Of a DNA stretch of 64,000 bases, positions 41,043 to 50,376 are shown piece after piece. Under the pieces are notes generated by a model, which did not search any database, was not told where the DNA came from, and saw only the letters and a list, made by a program, of their open reading frames with translations. Source of the DNA: Parvibaculales bacterium (GTDB lineage Bacteria; Pseudomonadota; Alphaproteobacteria; RS24). The stretch lies in contig JBMZAX010000012.1 of assembly GCA_049611805.1 (NCBI GenBank), positions 1,088-65,087 on the forward strand, in the 5' to 3' direction. A program made the position numbers and the translations under genes. Within the stretch, counting starts at the first letter, position 1; every line of letters begins with the position of its first letter.

Positions 41043-41892
41043 TTTGCAACCCCTGCCCTCTCACATGATAAGCGAACTGGTCGGCGCGGCCCTTTCCGAA
41101 GATTGGGGACGGCTGGGCGACATTACCTCGGCGGCGGTGATTGAGCCGGACGCGACCGCGCGCGGCGTCATCCGCGCCCGCGAAGACGGCGTGCTGGCGG
41201 GATTGGCGTTCGCGCAAGCCGCCTTCGCACTGACCGATAAGGGCCTGCAACTGGACGCGCATGTGGCAGACGGCGAAAGCCTTGCCACCGGCACAGACGT
41301 CATGACCATTACCGGCCCCGCCATCGCCCTATTGAGCGCCGAACGTGTGGCGCTGAATTTTTTGGGCCACCTGTCCGGCATTGCAAGCCAAACCGCGCAA
41401 TTGAGCGCGCTTGTGGCGCACACGAAAGCGCGCATTTGCGACACGCGCAAAACAACCCCCGGCCTGCGCGCCGTGGAAAAATATGCCGTGCGCGCGGGCG
41501 GCGGGTTCAACCACCGCTTCGGTCTCGATGATGCAATTTTGATTAAAGACAATCACATCGCCGTGGCCGGCGGCGTCACGGCGGCCATCACGCGCGCGCA
41601 GGCAAAAGTCGGACATATGATGCGGATCGAGGTGGAAATTGACACGCTCGACCAGCTCGATGAGGCACTGGCCGCCGGTGCCGATATTTTGCTGCTCGAC
41701 AATATGTCGCCCGAAACATTGAAGGAAGCCGTGGCGCGCATTGACGGGCGCGCGGTGACCGAGGCTTCGGGCCGGGTCGATGCCGCAAGCGTGACAGCAA
41801 TTGCCGAGGCCGGTGTGGATTATATTTCCGTTGGGCGCATCACCCATTCCGCGCCCTGCCTCGACCTCGGTCTCGACATTAAGTTCGTCTAA
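41035..41892 (+). CDS. nadC: nicotinate-nucleotide diphosphorylase (carboxylating)
   Basis: 285 aa. DTRKTTPGLR, KDNHI and ILLDNM motifs. 8-nt overlap with nadB. Confidence 0.95.
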   Translation: MPDLQPLPSHMISELVGAALSEDWGRLGDITSAAVIEPDATARGVIRAREDGVLAGLAFAQAAFALTDKGLQLDAHVADGESLATGTDVMTITGPAIALLSAERVALNFLGHLSGIASQTAQLSALVAHTKARICDTRKTTPGLRAVEKYAVRAGGGFNHRFGLDDAILIKDNHIAVAGGVTAAITRAQAKVGHMMRIEVEIDTLDQLDEALAAGADILLLDNMSPETLKEAVARIDGRAVTEASGRVDAASVTAIAEAGVDYISVGRITHSAPCLDLGLDIKFV

Positions 41893-41937
41893 AAAACGGA
41901 AGTTCGTCTAAAAAACGGAAATTCGTCTAAAAATCGG
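41881..41937. repeat. 19-nt tandem repeat x3 (AAGTTCGTCTAAAAAACGG, same again, then AAATTCGTCTAAAAATCGG) spanning the convergent nadC and SleB-like gene ends
   Basis: Read directly. Copies 1 and 2 are identical; copy 3 matches 17 of 19. Copy 1 holds the last three nadC codons plus TAA. Copy 3 holds, on the other strand, GAT TTT TAG of the SleB-like gene. Confidence 0.95.
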
Positions 41938-42592
41938 CGCTGGCGCGGTCGGTATAGAAAATATGCCGCCCGATTTTTGTTAGACGCACCATGCTCTGGT
42001 TCCAATAGGGGTCGACATAATCAGCATGGTAATGCGTTGCGCGCGCGGTAGAGGGGTGCGCGCGGAAATCGATCAGCTTATTGCCCGCCATTCGCATGGC
42101 CCGTTGCCAGAGCCTGCGGTTTTGCGCCTGATCGGACAGCCCGTCACAGGCAAATGAGAACTGGCATTTGTGGCGGCGATATTCGCCCTGAAACACCACA
42201 CCGCATATGGTGGCCGGATAGCGCGCATCCAGGGCGCGGTTGATGACAACATCGGCCACCGCAGCCCAGCCGGAAAGCGGCTCGGAACGCGCTTCGAAAT
42301 AAATCGCCTGCGCCAGACAGCGTTGCGACTCAAACAGCGTTTCCTGCTTGGCGTTAACTTGCGTGCCGCGCAACAGGCTCTCCACGCGCCCGCGATCGGA
42401 CAAATGGGTCAGAGGCCGGTCGGCTTCGGGGATAAACCAGCCCGCCATGCTGGTGTCTGCGCGCATGCCGAAATAGCTCGAAAACTGGCTGGAAACTGCG
42501 GCGATCATGAAAAGACCGACGCAAGCTACAGCCAGCTTGCCGCGCAAACCAAGGGTTTCATTTAAATTGAGCCAAACAATTAATTTTAACAA
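41927..42592 (-). CDS. cell wall hydrolase, SleB-domain family
   Basis: 221 aa. N-terminal TM/signal, C-terminal RYPATICGVVFQGEYRRHKCQFSFACDG...YWNQSM typical of SleB-type hydrolases. TTG start at 42592 has GGAGG 6 nt upstream. Confidence 0.8.
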   Translation of the reverse strand: MLKLIVWLNLNETLGLRGKLAVACVGLFMIAAVSSQFSSYFGMRADTSMAGWFIPEADRPLTHLSDRGRVESLLRGTQVNAKQETLFESQRCLAQAIYFEARSEPLSGWAAVADVVINRALDARYPATICGVVFQGEYRRHKCQFSFACDGLSDQAQNRRLWQRAMRMAGNKLIDFRAHPSTARATHYHADYVDPYWNQSMVRLTKIGRHIFYTDRASADF

Positions 42593-42743
42593 AACTGCCC
42601 TCCAAATTTTTACAAAACAGGAGACTTTGTCGCAAAATTTTCATAATTAACGGTTAACATATAAGGTGATTTGCAGAGCCGACCAACAAAATCCGACACT
42701 TATTCTGCCGGTTTGTTTTGCGCCCAAATCGCCTTTTTACGCT

Positions 42744-45437
42744 CTATTTACGCTCGGATTGCGTGGCCAGCAAATGCGCCCGCGCCGCCGCAATCCGCGC
42801 AATCGGCACCCGAAACGGCGAGCACGATACATAATCAAGCCCGACCGCATCGCAAAATGCGACCGATTCCGGATCGCCGCCATGCTCACCGCATAGCCCC
42901 AGCTTGAACGCCGGCGAAACAGCGCGCGCTTTTTCCGCCGTTATCTCAAGCAATACACCAACGCTGTCTTGGGCAAGCGTGGCGAACGGGTCGGCCTCAA
43001 ACAGCCCCGCGCCCAGATAATCACCCATAAAACTGCCCGCATCATCGCGGCTCAGGCCCAAACTTGTCTGGGTCAGGTCATTTGTGCCGAAAGAGAAAAA
43101 CCCCGGCTGGTCGGCCAGCGCCTGCGCCAGCCTATCGGCGGTCAATGCCGCGCCGGGCACTTCGATCATGCTGCCAACGCTATATTCGGGGGTAAAGCCA
43201 TGGGTCGCGCCCCACGCCGCCGCTTCCGTATCAATGAGCTTGCGCAAACGGGTAATCTCCCCGGCGGTCGTAATCAGCGGCAACATGATTTCCACCGTCG
43301 CAGCCTCAGGCCCCGCAACATCCTGCATTGCGCCGAACAGCGCGCGCAATTGCATGGCGTATATTTCAGGCGCCGTCACCGCAAGCCGACTGCCACGATG
43401 ACCGAGCATCGGATTTGCCTCGTGCAAAGCGCGAATGCGGTCGCGCACGTCTTCCGGGCTCACCTCCAATTGCTCCGACAACTCCTCCAGCGCGTCATCG
43501 GCCGCGGGCAGAAATTCGTGCAAGGGCGGGTCGAGCAGACGGATGGTAACCGGCAGGCCGGCCATCACCGACAGCAGGCCGGAAAAATCGGCACGCTGTT
43601 CAGGCTCAAGCGCCGCCAAAGCGGCATCGCGCTGGGGCCCGGCCTGCGCCAATATCATGCGCCGCACCTGTAAAATCCGCGCCGGATTGAAAAACATATG
43701 CTCGGTGCGGCACAGGCCAATGCCCGCCGCGCCGAAGCGCCGCGCGCGCTTGGCTTCTTCGATTGTTTCGGCATTGGCGCGCACCTGCATGCGCTGGTGT
43801 TTGCCGGCCCAGGCCATGACCGTGCCGAAATCGCCCGACAATTCAGGCTCCAATGTCGGCACGCGCCCCTGCATCACGCGCCCCGACGCACCGTCTATGG
43901 TGATGATATCGCCCTCGCGCAATTCATGGCCGCCTATGCGGGCAATTCGGGCGTCATAATCTATCCGCATTTCTCCCGCACCCGATACACAAGGCCGCCC
44001 CAACCCCCGCGCCACAACGGCAGCATGGCTGGTCATGCCCCCGCGCGATGTCAAAATTGCGCGCGCGGCATACATGCCGTGAATATCTTCGGGGCTGGTT
44101 TCCATGCGCACCAGAATGACATCTTCGCCGCGCGCCGCTTCCACCTCGGCAGTGTCGGCGGAAAAACAAACCTTGCCGCTGGCCGCCCCCGGCGAGGCCG
44201 GCAGCCCGCGACACAACACATCAATTTGCACCGACGGATCCAGTGTCGGATGCAGCAATTGTTCAAACGAGGCCGGGTCGAGGCGCAACAGGGCCTCGCC
44301 ATCATCAATCTGTCCGGCGGCAACCATGTCGACCGCAATTTTTATCGCCGCGCGCGTGGTGCGTTTGCCGCTGCGCGTTTGCAAAATAAACAATTTGCCG
44401 TCCTGCACGGTGAACTCGACATCCTGCATGTCGCCGAAATGCGCCTCAAGGCGGCCAAATACATCCACCAGCGCGTCGTAAATCTCCGGCATACGCTCCT
44501 GCAATGACAGATCGCTCATACCGGATTGTTCGCGCGCCGCGCGCGTCAAATGCAGCGGCGTGCGCAAGCCCGCAACGACATCTTCGCCCTGGGCATTGGG
44601 CAGAAATTCGCCATAGACCTCGTTTTCGCCCGTTGACGGATTGCGCGTAAAGGCCACGCCCGTCGCGCTGGTTTCGCCGAGATTGCCGAACACCATCGCC
44701 TGCACGGTGACAGCCGTGCCCCATTCATCGGGAATATTGTGCAACCGCCGATAGGTTATGGCGCGCGCATTGTTCCAGCTTTGGAACACGGCAGCGATGG
44801 CACCCCAAATCTGCTCCATCGGGTCTTGCGGAAACGGCGCATCCGCCTCGCGGTCAATGACTTCCAGATAGCGTTCGACGACCGATTGCCAGTCATCGGC
44901 TTCCAGATCAGCGTCACCCGTCAGCGCATGTTCCAGCTTGTAATCATCCAGCACTTCCTCGAAAAAATCCTGCGACACGCCCATAACCACATCGCCATAC
45001 ATTTGAATGAAGCGGCGATAGCTGTCCCAGGCAAAACGGGCATCTCCGGCATGGGCGGCCAGCGCGGCGACGGTTTTGTCGTTGAGGCCGAGGTTCAGCA
45101 CCGTGTCCATCATGCCGGGCATTGAGGCGCGCGCGCCCGAACGCACCGACACAAGCAACGGGGCTTGCGCATCGCCAAATGCGACACCCAGCGGTGCGCC
45201 CATTTCTTTCAGAGCCGCGCTTACTTTGGCGCGCAACGCGTCGGGCAATTGCCCGTCATTTTGGTTGAAATAATGGCAAACATCCGTCGGCAGGGTAAAT
45301 CCGGGCGGAACGGGCAGACCAAGACGGCTCATTTCCGCGAGATTTGCGCCCTTGCCGCCCAGCAGGTCTGACATGCCGGCATCACCTTCGGCCGCGCCGT
45401 TGCCAAATTGATAAACCCGCCAGTCTGTTTTGCCCAT
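42744..45437 (-). CDS. ppdK: pyruvate, phosphate dikinase
   Basis: Start set to ATG 45437 (MGKTDWRVYQFG...LLGGKGANLAEM). Phosphohistidine region GGMTSHAAVVARG and C-terminal PEP-utilizing TIM barrel. Confidence 0.95.
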   Translation of the reverse strand: MGKTDWRVYQFGNGAAEGDAGMSDLLGGKGANLAEMSRLGLPVPPGFTLPTDVCHYFNQNDGQLPDALRAKVSAALKEMGAPLGVAFGDAQAPLLVSVRSGARASMPGMMDTVLNLGLNDKTVAALAAHAGDARFAWDSYRRFIQMYGDVVMGVSQDFFEEVLDDYKLEHALTGDADLEADDWQSVVERYLEVIDREADAPFPQDPMEQIWGAIAAVFQSWNNARAITYRRLHNIPDEWGTAVTVQAMVFGNLGETSATGVAFTRNPSTGENEVYGEFLPNAQGEDVVAGLRTPLHLTRAAREQSGMSDLSLQERMPEIYDALVDVFGRLEAHFGDMQDVEFTVQDGKLFILQTRSGKRTTRAAIKIAVDMVAAGQIDDGEALLRLDPASFEQLLHPTLDPSVQIDVLCRGLPASPGAASGKVCFSADTAEVEAARGEDVILVRMETSPEDIHGMYAARAILTSRGGMTSHAAVVARGLGRPCVSGAGEMRIDYDARIARIGGHELREGDIITIDGASGRVMQGRVPTLEPELSGDFGTVMAWAGKHQRMQVRANAETIEEAKRARRFGAAGIGLCRTEHMFFNPARILQVRRMILAQAGPQRDAALAALEPEQRADFSGLLSVMAGLPVTIRLLDPPLHEFLPAADDALEELSEQLEVSPEDVRDRIRALHEANPMLGHRGSRLAVTAPEIYAMQLRALFGAMQDVAGPEAATVEIMLPLITTAGEITRLRKLIDTEAAAWGATHGFTPEYSVGSMIEVPGAALTADRLAQALADQPGFFSFGTNDLTQTSLGLSRDDAGSFMGDYLGAGLFEADPFATLAQDSVGVLLEITAEKARAVSPAFKLGLCGEHGGDPESVAFCDAVGLDYVSCSPFRVPIARIAAARAHLLATQSERK

Positions 45438-45438
45438 G

Positions 45439-47487
45439 TCAGCCCTTTTCGATGACCGCCAGATCTCCGACCAAATCCATCGACGCAACAAGACCCGCCA
45501 GAATCGCTAGCCTGTTCGCTTTCAGTCTATCATCTTCGGCATTGACAAGAACGGCATCGAAGAAGCCATCCACAGAAATGCGGAGCGCGGCAAGCCCGTC
45601 GAGATATTGCCCATAGGCTTGCAGGGAGGCATCCGGCGTGTCGGGCAAATCCGACAAGGCGGCAAACAGGGTGCCTTCTGCGTCCTGCTCAAACAGATCA
45701 GCCGAAACCGCGTTTGTCGCCATTTTCTGCTGTTTCAAAATACCGTCGGCGCGCCGATAGGCGGCCAGCAAATTGCTGCCGTCGGGCGTTTGCAGAAAAT
45801 CTGCGAGATATTTGGCCTTGCCGACAATATCGACAATATCGTCGCTGCCGCGCGCAAACACAGCCGAGACAACATCGTGGCGCACATCGCGCTCGCGCAG
45901 GTAAACGCGCAGCCTTTCGACCAGAAAACCGAGCAGGGCTTGGGCGCAAGGCCGCCGGTCGCCCTCGGCTTGTCCGTGCAGGGCAAGCGCCTTTTCAAAT
46001 ACCGGCAGAAGCGGCACATGCGCCTCGCGCTCCAATAGAATACGGATGACGCCCAGAGCCGTACGCCGCAGTGCATAAGGGTCTTTCGAGCCGGTCGGTT
46101 TTTCGTCAATCATCCAGAAGCCGGCCAGCGTGTCGATCTTGTCGGCGAGCGCCACCACGCACGCCTCCGGCGTGGGAGGAATATCATCAGAGGGCCCAAG
46201 CGGGGCATAATGCGCGCGAATGGCTGCGCCAACACCGGCATCAAGCCCGTCATTATCGGCATAATAACCGCCCATAATCCCCTGCAATTCGGGAAATTCG
46301 TAAACCATGCCCGACACCAAATCGGCCTTGCACAGGCGCGCCGCCATGCCCGCCGCGGCGGCCTCGGCGCCCAGCATGTCACCCAGCTCGGCGGCCAGTT
46401 TTTCCAGCCGCACGGTTTTCTCCGCCACCGTGCCGAGGCGTGCATGAAACACGATTTTTTCCAGCGCGGGCAAGCGCGCCTCAAGTGACGTCTTGCGGTC
46501 TTGATCCCAGAAAAAACGACCGTCAGACAGGCGCGCGCGCAGCACGCGCTCATTGCCAGCAATAATCGCCGCGCCTTGATCGCTCGTCTCGATATTGGCA
46601 ATGGTTATGAAATAGGGCGCGAGCTTGTTTGTTTTGGGGTTTTTGAGCGCAAAATATTTTTGATGCGTCCGCATGACGGAGGTCAACACCTCGTCCGGCA
46701 CATCCATAAACGCATCATCAATGCGGCCCAGCAAAGGCACGGGCCACTCGACCAGCCCGGCGGTTTCATTAACAAGCGCCGGGTCATCGACAAGCGCGCA
46801 ATTTTTTTCCTTGGCCAGCCCGCGGGCGGCATCGTCAATCACTTGCGCGCGCGCAGATGCATCGACCATCACCTTGGCCTGCATCAGCGTTTCAACATAA
46901 TTTGCCGCGCTCACGGGCGCGCTTGTGTCTTGTGCCATAAACCGGTGCCCGCGCACGGTATTTCCGGTGCGAAGCCCGTCAACCTCAAAGTCAATGACAT
47001 CATCGCCAAAACAACAGACAAGCCCGCGCAACGGGCGCACCCAGCGCAAACTCCCCGCGCCCCAGCGCATTGATTTCGGCCACGGAAAATTGCGAATAAT
47101 ATCCGGCAAGCCCGCCGCCAGAACCGTTGCGGTTTCCTGGCCGGGCGCGTTTATATCCAGCAAATAATAAGCCCCCTTCGGGTCGTCTTGCACCTGCAAC
47201 GCATCCGTCGAGGCGAGATCATTGGCGCGCAAAAACCCCTGAATTGCCTTTTCCGGCGCATCGACACGCGGGCCTTTTTTCTGCTCATGCCTGTCCGGTG
47301 TCAGCGCGGGCAGGCCGGTGATAATCACGGCCATGCGCTGCGGGGCGACATGGGTGCTTGTCTCGGCTGCATCGACCCCACACTCGGCCAGAAGTTCCTT
47401 GATAAGACGGGCAAGGTCGCTGACCCCGCGCGCCTGCATTCGCGCGGGAATTTCTTCCGAATAAAGTTCCAGGAGAAAATCAGTCAT
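45439..47487 (-). CDS. glyS: glycine--tRNA ligase beta subunit
   Basis: Canonical N-terminus [18 protein letters not shown] begins at ATG 47487 (8-nt overlap with glyQ). The track start at 47502 is five codons further upstream. Confidence 0.95.
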   Translation of the reverse strand: MTDFLLELYSEEIPARMQARGVSDLARLIKELLAECGVDAAETSTHVAPQRMAVIITGLPALTPDRHEQKKGPRVDAPEKAIQGFLRANDLASTDALQVQDDPKGAYYLLDINAPGQETATVLAAGLPDIIRNFPWPKSMRWGAGSLRWVRPLRGLVCCFGDDVIDFEVDGLRTGNTVRGHRFMAQDTSAPVSAANYVETLMQAKVMVDASARAQVIDDAARGLAKEKNCALVDDPALVNETAGLVEWPVPLLGRIDDAFMDVPDEVLTSVMRTHQKYFALKNPKTNKLAPYFITIANIETSDQGAAIIAGNERVLRARLSDGRFFWDQDRKTSLEARLPALEKIVFHARLGTVAEKTVRLEKLAAELGDMLGAEAAAAGMAARLCKADLVSGMVYEFPELQGIMGGYYADNDGLDAGVGAAIRAHYAPLGPSDDIPPTPEACVVALADKIDTLAGFWMIDEKPTGSKDPYALRRTALGVIRILLEREAHVPLLPVFEKALALHGQAEGDRRPCAQALLGFLVERLRVYLRERDVRHDVVSAVFARGSDDIVDIVGKAKYLADFLQTPDGSNLLAAYRRADGILKQQKMATNAVSADLFEQDAEGTLFAALSDLPDTPDASLQAYGQYLDGLAALRISVDGFFDAVLVNAEDDRLKANRLAILAGLVASMDLVGDLAVIEKG

Positions 47488-48403
47488 CTTGCTTTTTCCC
47501 ATTCACCGTATCGGCCGACACCGTATCGGCCAGCCACGCCTCGGCGCAGGCTTTGGCAAGCGCGCGCACACGGCCAATATAGGCTTGGCGTTCAGTAACG
47601 CTGATGACGCCGCGCGCATCCAGCAAGTTGAAATTATGGCTTGCCTTCATGCACTGGTCATAGGCCGGCAAGGCCAGCCCGCGCGCGACAAGCTGCTGAC
47701 ATTCATTTTCGGCATCGTCAAAATGCCGGAACAGAATATCCGTATTCGCCGCTTCAAAATTATAATGCGAATATTCAACTTCGGCGCGGTGAAACACATC
47801 GCCATAGCGCACACCGCCCGCATCCGCCGCGCGGCCGTTAAAATCAAGCTCGAAACCGTTTTCCACGCCCTGCACATACATGGCCAGCCGCTCCAGCCCG
47901 TAAGTCAGCTCGCCCGAAACCACCTCGCAGTCAATGCCGCCCACTTGCTGAAAATAGGTGAATTGGGAAACTTCCATGCCATCGCACCACACTTCCCAGC
48001 CCAGCCCCCACGCGCCCAGCGTCGGGCTTTCCCAATCATCCTCGACGAAACGGATATCGTGCAAGGCCGGGTCAATGCCCAGCACGTGCAGGCTGTCGAG
48101 GTAAAGCTGTTGGATGTTGTCGGGCGACGGCTTCAAAATCACCTGAAACTGATAATAATGCTGAAAGCGGTTGGGGTTTTCGCCATAGCGCCCATCCGTT
48201 GGTCGGCGCGAGGGCTGCACATAGGCCGCATTCCACGGCTCCGGCCCCAGCGCGCGCAAAACCGTGGCCGGATGAAACGTGCCCGCACCCATTTCCATGT
48301 CATAAGGTTGCAATATCACGCAGCCCTGATCGGCCCAATATTGTTGCAGGCTCAATATCAGGTTCTGAAACGAGTGTTTGGAAACTTTGTTTGCTTTGGA
48401 CAT
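47480..48403 (-). CDS. glyQ: glycine--tRNA ligase alpha subunit
   Basis: 307 aa. [34 protein letters not shown]... is a highly conserved GlyQ sequence. Confidence 0.95.
   Translation of the reverse strand: MSKANKVSKHSFQNLILSLQQYWADQGCVILQPYDMEMGAGTFHPATVLRALGPEPWNAAYVQPSRRPTDGRYGENPNRFQHYYQFQVILKPSPDNIQQLYLDSLHVLGIDPALHDIRFVEDDWESPTLGAWGLGWEVWCDGMEVSQFTYFQQVGGIDCEVVSGELTYGLERLAMYVQGVENGFELDFNGRAADAGGVRYGDVFHRAEVEYSHYNFEAANTDILFRHFDDAENECQQLVARGLALPAYDQCMKASHNFNLLDARGVISVTERQAYIGRVRALAKACAEAWLADTVSADTVNGKKQDD
47504..47533. repeat. near-perfect 15-nt in-frame tandem duplication at the glyQ 3' end ([10 protein letters not shown])
   Basis: caccgtatcggccga / caccgtatcggccag read directly (13 of 15 identical). 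Encodes the duplicated pentapeptide in ...[19 protein letters not shown]. Confidence 0.85.
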
Positions 48404-48435
48404 GGATTTTTCCCGACGCGGATTTTTCCCGACGC
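48404..48435. repeat. perfect 16-nt tandem duplication (GGATTTTTCCCGACGC x2) abutting the glyQ start codon
   Basis: Read directly at 48404-48419 and 48420-48435. On the glyQ strand it reads GCGTCGGGAAAAATCC GCGTCGGGAAAAATCC ATG. Confidence 0.95.
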
Positions 48436-48466
48436 GCGCTATCGCAATCCGCGCTATTGCGCGAAA

Positions 48467-49246
48467 TTAACCACCCGTTCGGGCAAAAGCAAGCGCCGCG
48501 CCATGGCGCAAAACCGCTTCGGCCTCTGCGCTTGGCTCACCTGCCGCATTTTGCAGAACAATCGGCGGCAACAACACCAAAGGTGCGCGCGAATCGCGAC
48601 GCCCCTGCACCAGCACACGATGGGCGGCCTCGCCCGCGCGCGCGGCCACGGGCTGAACCTGCAAGGCACCCAGCCTGCCGCGCATGGCCGACAACAAATC
48701 ATCCAGCGCTTCGGCGCGATGAACAAAAGTGACGAGGCCATTGGCCGCAGCCAGCGCACACGCACACCGCACCCAGTTTTCCAGACCCGCCGCATCCGTC
48801 TGATGCGCGCGGGCGCGGGCGGCATCTTGCACCGGCGGCACCCGGTCGTTCCGGTAAAAGGGTGGATTGGCGACCACATGATCAAAGCTGTTGGCCGCCA
48901 GCCCCAGCGCGGAAAACGGGCCGGCAATATCGCCCGTGACAAAATTTACCCGCTCGGCAAACCCGTTCGCCGCCGCGTTTTCACGGGCCAACCGGCACAA
49001 GTCAGGGTCTATCTCCACCCCGACAAGCCGGGTTTCCGGCAAACGGGCCAGAATGCACAAACCCACAACGCCTGCTCCGGCGCCCAAATCGCACACTTTT
49101 TGCGCCTTTTCATCACCGACGCCGGCGGCCAGCAAAACGGCATCATGCCCGCTGCGGTGGCCGTGGCGCGGTTGGCGAATGGTCAGCCGGTTGCCCAGAA
49201 ATCCGTCTTCGCTAAACGCGCCATCACTGTCTGTTTGTGCCTGCAT
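48467..49246 (-). CDS. SAM-dependent methyltransferase with NPPY-type motif (tRNA m6A37 / YfiC-like)
   Basis: SAM motif CDLGAGAGVVG and motif IV VVANPPFY. Start set to ATG 49246 (MQAQTD...). The track start at 49279 is GTG. Confidence 0.75.
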   Translation of the reverse strand: MQAQTDSDGAFSEDGFLGNRLTIRQPRHGHRSGHDAVLLAAGVGDEKAQKVCDLGAGAGVVGLCILARLPETRLVGVEIDPDLCRLARENAAANGFAERVNFVTGDIAGPFSALGLAANSFDHVVANPPFYRNDRVPPVQDAARARAHQTDAAGLENWVRCACALAAANGLVTFVHRAEALDDLLSAMRGRLGALQVQPVAARAGEAAHRVLVQGRRDSRAPLVLLPPIVLQNAAGEPSAEAEAVLRHGAALAFARTGG

Positions 49247-49324
49247 CAATATGCCCGCCCTTTTCGGCGCGACTTGCACTTGACCTTTGTGCCGCGCAAC
49301 GATACGTCAGAAGCTGTTATACTC

Positions 49325-49348
49325 GGTTTCGACATGGTTTCGACATGG
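49325..49348. repeat. perfect 11-nt tandem duplication (GGTTTCGACAT x2, plus GG) containing the ispB start codon
   Basis: Read directly. It creates a second, out-of-frame ATG at 49334 that opens a 7-codon uORF (MVSTWQL stop) overlapping the ispB ATG at 49345. Confidence 0.95.
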
Positions 49349-50376
49349 CAACTATAATCAATATTAATGCAGACCAGCAAACCACCTCCAACGCGCTGGA
49401 TGATTTGCACCTTTATTTCGCCGAGGATCTGTCTCAGGTCGAGGCCACGCTGTCGGCGCATTTGTCTTCGGCGGCCAGCCTGATCCCCGAAGTGAGCGAC
49501 CATATTATCGGCGCGGGCGGCAAGCGCCTGCGCCCGCTGCTCACGCTGTCAGCCGCGCGCATTGCCGGTTATCAGGGCACCCACCACATTACCATGGCGG
49601 CGGCGGTTGAGTTTATGCACACCGCCACGCTTTTGCATGATGATGTCGTCGACGACAGCGACCTCAGGCGCGGCAAACCAACCGCGCGCAAAATCTGGGG
49701 CAATCCGACCAGCGTTCTGGTCGGCGATTTTTTGCTGGGGCAAGCCTTCCGGATGATGGTCGGCGCAGGGAATCTCGCCGCGCTTGATGTTTTGTCCAAC
49801 GCCGCCGCAATCATTGCCGAAGGCGAGGTGATGCAACTTGCCGCCATGAGCAATGCCGATATCAGCGAAGACAATTATCTGCGCATTATCGAGGCGAAAA
49901 CCGCAGCGCTGTTTGCCGCCGCCGCCGAAGTGGGCGGCATTCTCGCCGGTGCATCCCAAACCGAGATTGAGGCGTTAAAATCCTACGGCAAAAATCTGGG
50001 CATTGCGTTTCAACTGGTTGATGACGCGCTGGATTATGGCAGCGTCAATCGTGTGCTGGGCAAAAATACCGGTGAAGATTTCCGCGAGGGCAAAGTCACC
50101 CTGCCCGTGGTGCTGGCCTATCGGCGCGGCGACCAGACGGGGCGCGGCTTTTGGGAACGCGCCATGGCGGTGGAAACTGCCGACAGCCCCGATTTTGACG
50201 CCGATTTTGAGTTGGCCGTTCAATATTTGCAGGAAACCGGCGCGCTCAAGGATACGGTCGCGCGTGCCGCGCATTTTGGCGAACGCGCCAAGGATGCGCT
50301 GGCTCTCTTCCCGCCCAGCGACATGCGCACCCTATTGATACAGCTGAGCGATTTCTGCATCGCCCGCGCCTATTAG
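49345..50376 (+). CDS. ispB: long-chain polyprenyl (octaprenyl-type) diphosphate synthase
   Basis: Start set to ATG 49345 (MATIININ...). Asp-rich motifs LLHDDVVDDSDLRRG and QLVDDALD. Confidence 0.85.
   Translation: MATIININADQQTTSNALDDLHLYFAEDLSQVEATLSAHLSSAASLIPEVSDHIIGAGGKRLRPLLTLSAARIAGYQGTHHITMAAAVEFMHTATLLHDDVVDDSDLRRGKPTARKIWGNPTSVLVGDFLLGQAFRMMVGAGNLAALDVLSNAAAIIAEGEVMQLAAMSNADISEDNYLRIIEAKTAALFAAAAEVGGILAGASQTEIEALKSYGKNLGIAFQLVDDALDYGSVNRVLGKNTGEDFREGKVTLPVVLAYRRGDQTGRGFWERAMAVETADSPDFDADFELAVQYLQETGALKDTVARAAHFGERAKDALALFPPSDMRTLLIQLSDFCIARAY

Noticed and set aside
42647-42658. TTAACGGTTAAC upstream of the SleB-like hydrolase, reminiscent of CtrA boxes (TTAA-N7-TTAAC, or the TTAACCAT half-site).
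   Set aside because: The spacing between the TTAA elements is 3 nt, not 7, and the half-site match (TTAACCGT on the gene strand) is imperfect. An AT-rich promoter region easily produces such strings by chance.
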